Shown one piece after another: positions 28,385 to 40,355 of a stretch of 64,000 bases of DNA. The DNA is taken from the NCBI RefSeq assembly GCF_009914755.1, contig NC_060940.1; one strand, written 5' to 3'. Within the stretch, counting starts at the first letter, position 1. Each line of letters begins with the position of its first letter. This DNA comes from the human T2T-CHM13v2.0 reference genome, Homo sapiens. Position numbers and translations under genes: made by a program. Under the pieces are notes generated by a model. The model had not been told where the DNA came from. It saw nothing but the letters and a program-made list of their open reading frames with translations, and searched no databases.

Positions 28385-29921
28385 CTATGGGAAACCCACA
28401 CAAATCAAAGTGTGAATTTGTCACAGAGATGAGAATGCTGAATCATTCCATTTGTACAGGCAAACACAGAAACATATTTCTAGGGAAAAAGATCAGTAAA
28501 CACTTGAGCTAAGGTAGGAGACAGGAAAATCTCTATTTTAGGTAAATGCTCACAATATTTAAAGCAACTACAAAGTTTCTGTAGTGTGATTTATGATTGA
28601 TCATAGTTCTACAAAAAATAACCTAGCATCAGTTAGAACACCTTTGTTCATCTTACCTAGTACTACCTTTATAAAACCGTTACAACTTTTAAAACATGAT
28701 AATAAATTAATGATGAAGTTCAATGGCTTTTCCATAAAGCCTCATCATTATTTCCATAGATGTCAAAATTCCCAGCAAAGCGTCTGGCACATCATAGATT
28801 ACAATCAATCAATCAATATAATGAAAATTCACTGAATGAATAAACAAATGATGATATGATTCCAAAGGATAAGAGAGGACCTACCCTTAAAATAATCATT
28901 TGTCAAATGTTTGCTTGGTCAAAGCTGTTGACTTGGCCAAGTTGAAGGTTTTTAGACAAGATCTTTAATTATCAGTTAATTAGGATGTGGCTGGCTTCAA
29001 GGTCCTTGGGCAACCTATTAGTAGGCTAAAGACAAAAGTGTCTCCTAACCAGCACACGCCTTTTCTGTCTTTCTAAAATTCCAAAAACCATTTGACAAGC
29101 TGTTAACTTCTGTAGCTCTCCACACCTGGGCAATTAGATCAACTTTTGTCTTGTCTGTGTCTTCCTGCTTTTTATGTTTTTTACTGGCGTTACAGAAGAA
29201 GAGGAAAAGCCTCGGGGGACTTAAAAAATAGCCATTTGAATGGTAATCGCTATCTCAGAGAAACAGAGTTTAAACATCAAAACACTACAAAGCAGTGAGT
29301 ACCATGTAATTTAACACTTTATTACATGTTCTGGTTTTCATAATTTGCCCCATGTTTGTGTCTTGCATCTTACTGTGATCAATCCAAGGACAGTTAAATA
29401 TCCCTTGTTTATTCCCTGTATTACCTAAGATGGTACTGGGGATACAGTAGGTTTACTACAATAATTTTCTGATGTCTTATTTTCAGTATATTTTTGAAAT
29501 ATCCTTCTGCATCTACCAGCAATCACTCAGCATATCAAACTTGCAAAATCTAGCTAATCCTTAAATCTATGACCAAATTCACCTGCTTTGCGAAGCCTAC
29601 ATAAGATTTATTTTATGTAACATATTTATATTTCATATTTTTATTTATATTATCTATTTGTATATTATTTAGTACTTATGTACCATTATTTATGTATACA
29701 TATGCATATATAAATATATTTAAATATAAATATTTTTCTGGTGCTTTAGTTTAATTGTGTGATTACACAATCTTTTAAAATTGTACTTTGAGGAGAGTCA
29801 GCCTAGTTTCAAATTTGAGCAGCTAACGACTAGTACATGGATTAGTGAACACAGTAGGTGTTCAAGAAATGTATTCTGAACGGCAGACTGAATGAAGACA
29901 TAAATGAAGTTTGCCACTTAC

Positions 29922-30005
29922 AGGTTCTTGTTCCAGAAGAATTAGGCTCACCACAACCACGTTTATGTCACTTCCAATAGTCCCATCTTTAAATAGGCCA
30001 GAAAC
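29922..30005 (-). CDS. ADAMTS18: ADAMTS18 exon (exon 6): metalloprotease domain
   Basis: 84 bp, phase 0-0; aacag|GTTTCT...GAACCT|gtaagt; encodes VSGLFKDGTIGSDINVVVVSLILLEQEP. Confidence 0.97.
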
Positions 30006-30174
30006 CTGTTGGAACAATGGAAATCAAACAAAATCTCAAAATTTTCAAAACCTTAGGGGGAATCAATCAGACATATTGACTGAAGTACGCAGGCTTTAAT
30101 TTTACCAAATATATGTACATATAAATACAATTTCCTCAAAACTCAACTTAAAAAAATAAAACCACATATGTAGC

Positions 30175-30223
30175 TATTAAAAGTAATGGCAGAAACTGCA
30201 ATTACATTTGCACCGACCTAATA
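30175..30223. mobile_element. Partial MADE1 (Hsmar1 mariner MITE) with a single TIR
   Basis: aaaagtaatggcagaaactgcaattacatttgcaccgacctaaTA resembles the MADE1 end aatggcaaaaaccgcaattacttttgcaccaacctaa plus the TA target site. Confidence 0.8.
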
Positions 30224-30307
30224 CACCTGCTATTCAACCCATGCAAGAGAATTCCATGACATTTATTTTCTTTGGAGAGCCAGAAGGTTTGTGACACCCC
30301 CGCTTAC

Positions 30308-30501
30308 CATGTTCATTACTGTGAGAATGTATGTGGTGACATTTCCCTTGCCATGCTTTTCCACCATTTTCTTGTCTGCCACCACGAGGGTTTCCACATT
30401 GAGGCCCTTTTGTGATTTTCCAGCTGATCTTCTGGGTCGCCCAGAGCTCCCATATTCATCAAACCTTAGATAGGTGTCCTCTGTGGGAGGCTTGGGAGCA
30501 T
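30308..30501 (-). CDS. ADAMTS18: ADAMTS18 exon (exon 5): furin site RPRR/S and start of the metalloprotease domain
   Basis: 194 bp; cgtag|AT GCT CCC AAG...AAC ATG|gtaagc; encodes [45 protein letters not shown]...TVMNM. Confidence 0.98.
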
Positions 30502-30699
30502 CTACGATGAACAGAAGAGCATTTGGAAGGGATATTAGAGAATATCTGGATAAGACAGTTGAGAGAGAAACTGAAACAAGGGAAGAAGAGAAACTATGTA
30601 ACCAACACTCCACCAATCCACTAACAAGTGATGCTATCAGTGCCTGCCCAGGTGCCTTGCATCTAGTATGTGGTCAAGAAGGGCCTACTCAATAAATGT

Positions 30700-30935
30700 T
30701 TGGATGCACAGATGGGTAGATGGATGGAATGGACAGGATAGATGGATGGATGAGTGGATGGATGGATGGTGGATGGATAAATGGGTAGGTGGGTAGAAAT
30801 AAATGGATAATGGATGAACTTAGTAACTCAAAAATGCTCTAAAAGGAAAAAAAAAGAAAGAAAGAAAAGAAAAGAAGAAAGAAAAGGAAAGCAAAGGAAA
30901 GCAAAGCAAAGCAAAGGAAAGAAAAGAAGAGAAAA
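30700..30935. repeat. (GGAT)n followed by (GAAA/GCAAA)n simple repeats
   Basis: Read directly from the sequence. Confidence 0.9.
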
Positions 30936-30942
30936 GAGCTCT

Positions 30943-31312
30943 AGGCCAGGCGTGGTGGCTCACGCCCGTAATCCCAGCAATTTGAGACGCAAAGGTGGGT
31001 GGATCACTTGAGGTCAGGAGTTTGACACCAGCCTGGCCAACATGGTGAAACCCCATCTCTACTAAAATTACAAAAATTAGTCATGCATGGTGGTGCATGC
31101 TTGTAATCCTAGCTACTTGGGAGGCTGAGGCAGGCGGATCACTTGAACCCAGCAGGCAGAAGTTGCAGTGAGCCAAGATCACCCCACTGCAGTCCATAAG
31201 GAAGTCTCTCCTTTATGTCCTCAAAAGAAACACCCAACCACACCTACGCATTTACCTTTAAGATAGAGTCTCTGGGTGACAGAGTGAGATTTCATCTCAA
31301 ACAACAAAAACA
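30943..31312 (+). mobile_element. Alu carrying a ~73-bp non-Alu insertion in its right arm
   Basis: Alu consensus runs to ...cactgcagtcca (31196) and resumes at ctgggtgacagag (about 31272). Confidence 0.93.
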
Positions 31313-32396
31313 AGCTATAATTCTAGTTAGTAGAATGGATCAACAAAAATCAATTTTGTGGGGAGAAATTTTGAAAGCAGAAAATGCTCATTTTACTACT
31401 CAAAAACTGCAGAAATAGTGTTAATCCTTTGGATCTAAATTTATTATTTTTGAATTCATTAAATATACCACTTTATACATTATTTTCTAAATAAAATGTA
31501 AACAGCTCTAAAATAGTGGGCATGTCTTAAACTCTCATTTCATCAACACAGACTTTAACATAGCACATAAGAAGCACTCAGTAAGAACTCTTTGATGTGA
31601 CAATGACTTAGTTATTAGGGAAACAGCATAGTTGGGGATGATATTAAAAACTGTATTAAACACTTTTCATAACTGGCAAAGGGTGCGCACCAAGTTAACA
31701 GAATGGATACTGGCCATAGCCATTGAGCAGAGACCTAGAAGTGCCTGCTCGGCCAGACATGATGCCTTTAGTTAATGGACAGCCACAACTACGAGCATTC
31801 CTGGGAAGAAAAATGGCACCTGGAAAGCTCAGGGAAGTAACTGTGTACTAACTAGTACAGAAATAGTTTAGTACTGTAACACTGGTCCAGCCGTAATAGT
31901 GAAACTAGCTCCCTACAGAGTAAAATTAAAAGATAAAATTATTTAGAGTTAGATTTAAAAACTCAGGTTGGCCACTTATGAGCACAGTGACGTTGAGCCT
32001 CAGTTTCCTTATCTATGAAAACAGGTGACACTTGTTTATAAGGTTGTTGTAAAGATTTGCTTTGATGTCTCATATCAAACATGTCTTACCACTATAAACA
32101 TCATTACTATCATTAATACAGGCTAAATCATTACTCTATATATGCTAAATGGATGCCCCTTAATGGGGATATTTCAATAATACCAAAAACTCAAAAACCA
32201 GTTAAAATGGTAGAAACTCTTTCATTATTCCTCCTGATTAATATCTTAGTGATACCAGTTCCTCTTCTCCATGAGAATAAACTTCTTCTGGCTGTGGTAT
32301 CCAACTTGGCGCACAGTTTCCATGCACAGCTACTGAGCCACAGAAGAATTTAAAAGTTTAAAAAGCAATACTTGATTCAGCTATTGAAAATCTTTT

Positions 32397-32720
32397 GGCT
32401 GGGCGCAGTGGCTCATGCCTTTAATGCTAACAATTGGGAGACCGAGGCGGGTGGATCACCTGAGGTCAGGAGTTTGAGACCAGCCTGGCCAACACAGGGA
32501 AACCCCATCTCTACTAAAAATACAAAAATTAGCTTGGCGTGCTGGCGTGCGCCTATAATTCCACCTAGTAGGGAGTCTGAGGCAGGAGAATTGCTTGAAC
32601 CTGGTGGGGTGGAGGTTGCAGTGAGCAGAGATCGCGCCACTTCACTCCAGCCTGGGCGAAAGAGTGAAACTGTCTCAAACAAAACAAAACAAAAACAAAA
32701 ACAAAAAAACAAGCAAAAAG
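32397..32720 (+). mobile_element. Alu (AluS-like) with (AAAAC)n tail
   Basis: Sense dimer; TSD gaaaat(c/g)tttt. Confidence 0.95.
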
Positions 32721-32829
32721 AAAATGTTTTAAATGTTTTAAGTATGTCCCAAACAACTTGAGTATGTAAATCTACTTTTTTGACCTTAATTTTATACAAG
32801 TTAAATGCAGATTAAGTATTTCCAATAAA

Positions 32830-33095
32830 AATTTATCATCTGAATCGACTGGTTTAAGTGCTGTAAGTTTAAAATAAACGCTGGATTTCCAAAACTTAAC
32901 AGGAAAAAATAATGTAACTCTCTAATAATTTGTTATCCTGATTACATGTTGAGATAATATTTTGTACATGTTGGGTTAAATAAAATGTTATTAAAATTCA
33001 TTTACCCTTTTTTTTAACTTTTAAAACTTGTGGCTATTAGAAAATGTAAAATTGTATTTAAGGCTCGTGTTACATTTCTATTGGACATCGCTGGT
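32830..33095. mobile_element. MER33-like hAT-Charlie element
   Basis: gattacatgttgagataatattttg...ttgggttaaataaaatgttattaaaatt...catttctattggacatcgctg. Confidence 0.75.
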
Positions 33096-33560
33096 CTGGA
33101 AACGGCCGAAGGTTGTAACTAAGTCACAAACCATGCTCAAGGATACCTGTGTTTCACAGCTACCTCCCTCACATGCTAATGTTCTTGTTTCTGGAAGTCT
33201 CTCCTTTGTGTCCTCAAAGGAGACATCCAACCACACCTAGACATTTACCTCTGTCTTCTTTTGTCATTGGAAATCTAGGTACTTTTCTCGGAAGCACAGA
33301 AATCAAGACTGGGACCTATGGCATGAAAGTAGGAGATACTAAAAGAGTAAAAAAGAAACCTTATCTAAATCTTTCCTAGTTTAACCTAGAATAATTGATC
33401 ATCCAGCATTTGCCTGAGAGAGATAATTACTGGTCCTACACCAAGACAGATGCTCAGGGTAGCCCCATTTTGACTTGCAAAGCTTGTACACCCAACAGCA
33501 CTCAGGAAAACCTGTCGAGGCCCACATAAGAACAGAAAAAGAAAAAGTTTCCTTACATAC

Positions 33561-33843
33561 ATTTCTTGCGTCGTCCACAAAAATGCTGCTTTTGCAACCT
33601 TCGATGGTGATACTCTGTCTCTCGACTCTGAGATGCATGGGGAATGTGACTTGGGGAGTAACCAGGATAATTCCGGCCAGAGCCGGGGTAGCCACGGTAC
33701 CGCTGGATCTTCTCCTCTGCTGTCCTTTTGTACAGTACGTGAGGATGGTGACCCGCAGGGGAGCTGTGGTTGTGTTCCTGGGCCAGAAGCTGAGGTAATG
33801 GCGAGATGAGGAATTCATTTTTTCGTGTCCTTATTAAACCTGA
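33561..33843 (-). CDS. ADAMTS18: ADAMTS18 exon (exon 4): prodomain, SGLIRTRKNEF...HFCGRRKK
   Basis: 283 bp; acceptor ttttag|TCAGGT, donor AAAT|gtatgt. Translation matches the ADAMTS18 prodomain as I recall it, including the cysteine-switch-like HFCG. Phase 1 joins the next exon (T+AT = Tyr). Confidence 0.97.
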
Positions 33844-34006
33844 CTAAAAAGCCAAACACAAAGCAAACAGTCATGATTCCATGCATCCCTGTGCCAAGGG
33901 TTGGTTTTCAACAACTGCTTCTGACTAATTCCTGTATGTGGGCACAGGAGCTAAAAGCTTCACACATATTGCCTCATTTTTATCTGCACCATTACAACGA
34001 GTTGCT

Positions 34007-34267
34007 ATTATTATTGAGACAGGTCTCACTTTAAAACCAAAGCTGGAGAGCAGTGGCACAAACATGGCCCACTGCAGCCTTGACCTCCTGGGCTCAAGTG
34101 ATCCTCCCAGCTCAGCCTCTGGAGTAGCTGAGACTACAGGCACGTGCTACCACGGCCAAATCACTTTTACACTTTTTATAGAAACAGGGTCAATGTGGCC
34201 CAAGCTGGTTTTGAACTCTTGGCCTCCCAAAATGCTGGGACTACAGGTATGAGTCACCGTACCTGGC
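34007..34267 (-). mobile_element. Alu (AluJ-like)
   Basis: Diverged antisense Alu about 165 bp from the exon 4 acceptor. Confidence 0.9.
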
Positions 34268-34542
34268 TGGACAAGTTGCTATTATCACCACCCCCATTTA
34301 CAAAGGAGAAAATTGAAGCTAAGATAGTAAGTAGGAAAGCTAGCATGGGCACCCAGAGTTCTCTACTTTCAGAGGCAGGGCTCACAACCACTGGGCTGCC
34401 AGCCCTGATGTTTGTGCCTGAAGGGCTGAGCCATGGACATTCTGCTGCATTGCATTTATGACCTGGCAGATGCCATGTTCACCACTGGATAGAGTGATGA
34501 ATATAAAAATACCCCCACTCATTCTCAAGTGGTTCACACTTG

Positions 34543-34830
34543 ATTTTTCTTTTTTTCTTTTTTTTTTTTTTTTTGAGATTAGGTTTCATTCTGTCCCTTA
34601 GGTTGGAGTACAATAGCACTATCATGGCTCACTGTAGCCTTGACCTACTGGTCTCAAGCAATCCTCCTGCCTCAGCCTCCTGAATAGCTGGGACTACAGG
34701 TACACACCACTATGCTCAGAAATGCGGTCTATATTGCCCAGGCTCGTCTCAAACTCCTGGCTTCAAGTGATCCTCCTACCTCAGCCTCCTAAAGTGCTCA
34801 GATTACAGGTGTGAGCCACCAGTTCTGGCC
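34543..34830 (-). mobile_element. Alu (AluJ-like)
   Basis: Diverged antisense Alu with the middle region deleted. Confidence 0.9.
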
Positions 34831-36587
34831 CATCTTGATTCACAGTTGCTAAATCAATGTTTTTAAAAAAAATCAGCAAGGATGGCAGAGAAAGGCATGA
34901 GTGATGTGATCTCTAAGTGGGGGTCTAGAGAATCTGATGAGTGGTGCTATAATGAAGAGACATATTTACCAAATCAAGAAGAAAGGGGAGACCCTGGGAA
35001 GCCCATTTAATCACAATTTCATTTACCAAGTTGATGGCACAGTATGGATATCTTCGTACCTGATTTTGCAGCCAAGATGCACCCTTGTCTTTCTTTCAGC
35101 AAATGTTGTACTCTATCTTCTCTAGATATCAGAGTTCCCTGATACCCAAGACCCTGCTGGGGAAAGTGTAATCTGCAGACTAGTAGCTTCAGCCTCACCC
35201 AGGAACCTGTGGGATTCAGAATCGTGGGCCTCACCCCAAACCTGCTGGATCAAAGTCTATGCTTTATTGATATCCTCACATGTTTATGGGATCCTTTTTA
35301 TTTCTGTGGTATCAGTTATGTCACATTTTTCATTTCTGACTTTATTTTAATCTTTTTTTCATAGTCTAAGCTAAAGATTTGTCAATTTTATCTTTTTAAA
35401 AAACCAACTTTTTGTTTCATGAACTTTTACATTCTTTTTTCAGTCTAAATTTCATTTATTACTGCTTGGATCTTTATTATTTCTTTCCTTTAATTAATTT
35501 TGGGTTTATTTTGTTGTTATTTTTCAAATTCCTTGAGGTGCAATATTAAGTTGGGTTATTTTTGGGATCTAATTTTGGATGTAGGTGGTTAACGCCAATG
35601 AATTTGAAAACTAAGAAAGAACAGAGAAATCCTGGACAAACACAGTCTACCAAAACTGAAACATGAAGAAACAGAAAATCTGAACAAACCAATAACGAGT
35701 TAAGGAGATTTAATCTGTAATAAAAAGTCTCCCATCAAAGAAAAGCCCAGGGCCAGATGGCTTCCCTGATGATTTCTATCAAATTTAAGGAAGAACTAAT
35801 ACCAATCCTTTGCAAACTATTGAAAACAAATTGAAGAGGGGGTAGTTTTCCAAACTCATTCTACATGGCCTGCATCACCCTGATACCCAAATCAGACAAG
35901 AACAAAAAGAAATCTACGGGTCAGTATACCTGATGAACACAGATGTGGAAATCCTCAACAAAATACTAGCAAACCAAATTCAACAGCACATTAAACAGAT
36001 CATTCACCATGATCGAGTGGAATTCATCTCAGGGTTGCAATAGTTTAACATACATTAATCAACAAACATGATATATCACATTAACAGAATCAACAACGAA
36101 AAACATAATTTTAATAGATGCAAAAAAATGCATTTGATAAAATTTAACATCTCTTCATGATAAAAACTCTCAACAAATTAGGTATAGAAAAAGTGCATCT
36201 CAACACAATAAAGGCCATATATGACAAACTCCCAGCTAACATCCTACAGAATGGGGAAAAGTTGAAAGAAAGCCTTTCCTCTAAGATCCAGAACAAGACA
36301 AAGATGCCCACTTTCACCACTTCTATTCTACATAGTACTGGAAGTCCTGGGTAGAGCAATTAGGCAAGAGAAAGAAATAAAGGGCATTCAACTTAGAAAG
36401 GAAGAAGCCAAATTGTCCCTGTTTTCAGATAACATGATCTTATAAAGAGAAAACTCTAAAGAAACAATCAAAAAACTATTAGAATAGAGGAACACAGTAG
36501 AGTTGTAGGACGCAAAAATCAACACAAAACATCAGTAGCATTTCTATATGCCAACAGTGAGCTATCTGAAAAAGAAATCAAGAAGGT

Positions 36588-36878
36588 GGCCAAGTGCAGT
36601 GGCTCACACCTGTAATCTCAGGACTTTGGGAGGCCGAGGTGGGTGGATCACTTGAGGTCAGGAGTCTGAGACCAGCCTGGCCAACATGGTGAAACCATGT
36701 CTCTACTAAAAATACAAAAATTAGCCGGGCATGATGGTGGGCATCTGTAGTCGCAACTACTCAGGAGGCTGAGACAGGAGAATCGCTTGAACTCAGGAGG
36801 CGGAGGTTACAGTGAGCAGAGATCATGCCACTGCACTCCAGCGTGGGCATTAAGAGCAAAACTCTGTCTCAAAAAAAA
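36588..36878 (+). mobile_element. Alu nested in L1
   Basis: Sense dimer; TSD aaatcaagaa. Confidence 0.95.
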
Positions 36879-37085
36879 TCAAGAAAACAATCCCATTTAT
36901 AATAGCTACGATATATATATATATATACATATACACACACACACAAATAAATTTAACCAAGGAGGTGAAGATCTCTACAATGAAAACTATAAAACACTGA
37001 TGAAACAAATTGAAGAGAATGCAAATAAATAAGAAGATATTCTGTGTTCATGGATTGAAAGAATATTTTTAAAATGTTTATACAA

Positions 37086-37390
37086 GGCTGGATGCAGTGA
37101 CTTATGCCTATAATCCCAGCACTTTGGGATTTGAGATCAGCCTGGGCAACATAGTGAAACCCTGTCTCTACAAAAACTACAAATATTAGCCAGGTGTGGT
37201 GGTGCATGCCTGTGGTACCAGCTTCTTGGAAGGGTGAGCTGGGAGGATTGCCTTAGTCTGAAAGGTGGAGGCTGCAGTGGGCCGAAATCATTCTATTGCA
37301 CTCCAGTCTGGGTGACAGAGCAAGACTCTGACTCAATTAAAAACAAAAACAAAAACAAAAACAAAAACAAAAACGGAGAAAAAGAAAAAA
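37086..37390 (+). mobile_element. Alu (AluJ-like) nested in L1, with (AAAAAC)n tail
   Basis: Diverged sense Alu with a left-arm deletion. Confidence 0.9.
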
Positions 37391-39328
37391 GAAAACACAA
37401 TCCTAATATTCATATGGAACCACAAAAAGACCCTGAAGAGCAAATGCAATCTTGAGCAAAAAGGAACACAGCTGGAAACATCACATTACTCAACTTTGAA
37501 ATATACTAGAAAGCTACAGTAACCAAAAAAACATGGCATAGGAATAAAACAGACACATAAAACAACAGAACAGAAGAGAACCCTGAAATAAATCTACTCA
37601 TCTACAGCCTATTAATTTTTAACAAAGGCACTAAAAACACAGTGGGGAAAGGACAGTTTTTTCAACAAATAATGCTGGAAAAACTGGATATTCATATACA
37701 GAAGAATGAAATTTGACTCTTACCTCTCACCATATGTCAAAATCAACTCAAAGTGGATTAAAGACTTAAGTAAGAGATATGAAACTACTAGAAGAAAACA
37801 TAGGGAAAATACTTCATGACATAGGTCTGGGCAAGGATTTTTTGGAGAAAAACTCAAAAGCACAGGCAACAAAAGCAAAAACAGAGAAATGGAAGTGTAT
37901 CAATCTAAAAAGCCTCTGTACAAGAAAGGAAACAATCAATAGACTAAGGAGACAACCCACAGATGGAGAAAATATTTGTAAACTATGTACCCGATAAGAG
38001 TTAATATCCAGAATATGTAAGGAACTCAAACAACTCATCAGCAAAAAATAACAATAATAATCTGATTTTTAAGATGGCCAAAAAACCTAAATAAATACTT
38101 CTCAAAAGACATATACATGGCCAACAGGGGTATATGAAAAAAATGCTCAACATCACTAATTTTCAGGGAAATGCAAATCAAAACCATATGAGATATTACC
38201 TCACCCCAATTAGAATGACTATTATCACAATGACAATAAATGCTAGCATGGATGTGGAGAAATGAGAACTGCTACACATTGTGGGCAGGAATGTAAATTA
38301 GTATAGCCATTATGGAAAATGGTATGAAGGATCCTTTAAAAATTAAATATAGTTCTACCATATGATCCAGCAATCCCACTACCGGGTATTTATTCAAAGG
38401 AAATGAACTCAGTATGTTGAAGAGATATCTGCACTCCAGTGTTTATTGCAGCACTAGTCACAATAGCCAAGACACAGAATCAGTCTAAGTGTCTGTCAAC
38501 AAACAAATAAAAATGTGGTATATATACACAATGGAATACTATCCAGCCATTAAGATCATGAAATCTTGTAATTTGTGGTAACACAGGATAGTCATCTCAG
38601 GAGCTGTGGCATCGACATGATGTGTAGAGCCTGAAATCAAAGACGGAGTCTTCATTCACAAGCACATGCTGGGCACCTGAGTCCTGGTCCTGTTTCAGGC
38701 ATTGCCATAAACAAGAATGGTACACAAGTAAATGAAATGGTTCACATTCGTGGCCTTATGAAGATTATGGGACAAGAGAATCAATAGGCAAGATAAGTAA
38801 AATCTCAGATTTCACAACCCGAGAAATCCCAGCCATCATATCTTCAGGATATACCTCAGAGAAGCCCACCCTTCCAGATCTAGCACACATCATGCTGGTA
38901 GATGCTCGCGTCTCTTATTTGGACACTTTCTATTGACGTCCCAAATCCCACCTGTCCTATCCAATAGGGTTTCCCCACAACAGCCAGAGTCCTTGTCCAG
39001 CACTAATCAACTTCTTCCATTCACTCTGGTATTAATCACAAATTCCTGACCCACTAATCTCTGCATAATCAACTCCCTGCAGAACCTGCCAGCTTTATCT
39101 GTCCTCTCTTCCTCTTCTCACACCATTCTAAACAGGACGCTCCTTTCACTTTTTGAACCTAGTAACTTCTTCCATACTAAATGGCATTTTCACACATTTT
39201 TTTTCTTTCCCCTACAGTCTTCTCCTATCAATTCACTTGGCTTTCTGGTGCTCATTGCTGATGTCTCAATTTAAACACCATCTTCTCAGAGAAGCCGTAC
39301 TCACGACCCTATTGAAAATTATCCTCTC

Positions 39329-39632
<304 letters not shown>

Positions 39633-39635
39633 TCA

Positions 39636-39850
39636 TGCAAAGGCATAAGAATGATATAATGGATTATGAAGACTTGGGAGAAAGAGTAGGAGTGGAGATG
39701 AGGGATAAAAGTGTACAAATTGGGTGCGGTGTATACTGCTCAGGTGGTGATGGGTGCACCAAAATCTCACAAATCACCACTAAAGAACTTACTTATGTAA
39801 CCAAACACCATCTGTCCCCCAAAAACCTATGGAAATAAAAAAATAACATG
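39636..39850 (+). mobile_element. Short L1PB-like 3' end
   Basis: gcaaaggcataagaatgatataatgga...gatgggtgcaccaaaatctcacaaatcaccactaaagaactt...aaaaacctatggaaataaaa. Confidence 0.9.
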
Positions 39851-40054
39851 AAGAAAATTATCCTCTCTCACTTCCAAATAATCTCAGGTCACAGTTTACT
39901 GGCTTTATGTCTATCTTCAATAAGGAAACAAAATGCAACCCTCTCCCCACCATCCCTCATATGCAGTTTTATTGCACACTCTGTGACAGCAGGGGTCACC
40001 TGAGTATCTCTGATGCATGCCACTTGTTATCAGCTAGTAAATATTTGTTTCTCC

Positions 40055-40355
40055 AGGCAGGGCATGGTGGCTCACACTTGTAATCCCAGCACTTCAGGAG
40101 GCCAAGGAGTGCAGATCACGTGAGGTCAGGAGTTATAGACCAGCCTAGCCAACATGGTGAAACCTCATCTCTACTAAAAATATGAAAATTAGCCCGGCGT
40201 GGTGGCAGGCACCTGTAATCCCAGCTACTCAGGAGGCTGAGGCAGGAGAATGGCTTGACCCCAGGAGGAGCAGTTTGCAGCGCACTGAGATTGCACCACT
40301 ACATTCCAACCTGGGCAACAGAGTGAGACTCCATCTCAAAAAAAAAAAAAAAAAA
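40055..40355 (+). mobile_element. Alu (AluS-like)
   Basis: Sense dimer; TSD ttgtttct(c/t)ca. Confidence 0.95.

Larger units (their letters stand above)
35289..38585 (+). mobile_element. 5'-truncated, 5'-inverted L1 (L1MA/L1PB-age) ORF2 relic with two nested Alus
   Basis: ORF2 peptides [11 protein letters not shown]...IKAIYDK (36157) and KLLEENIGKILHDIGLGKDFL (37779); many frameshifts; 35289-35586 is antisense ORF2. Confidence 0.93.

Noticed and set aside
30175-30223. Possible miR-548 precursor
   Set aside because: Only one MADE1 arm is present, so no hairpin can form
33399-33818. 139-aa minus-strand ORF and 107-aa plus-strand ORF over exon 4
   Set aside because: Alternative-frame and antisense shadows of the true exon; the real frame is fixed by the splice phases
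36144-38044. Reverse-transcriptase-like ORFs
   Set aside because: Fragments of a dead, frameshifted, Alu-interrupted L1 ORF2, not an active or domesticated gene
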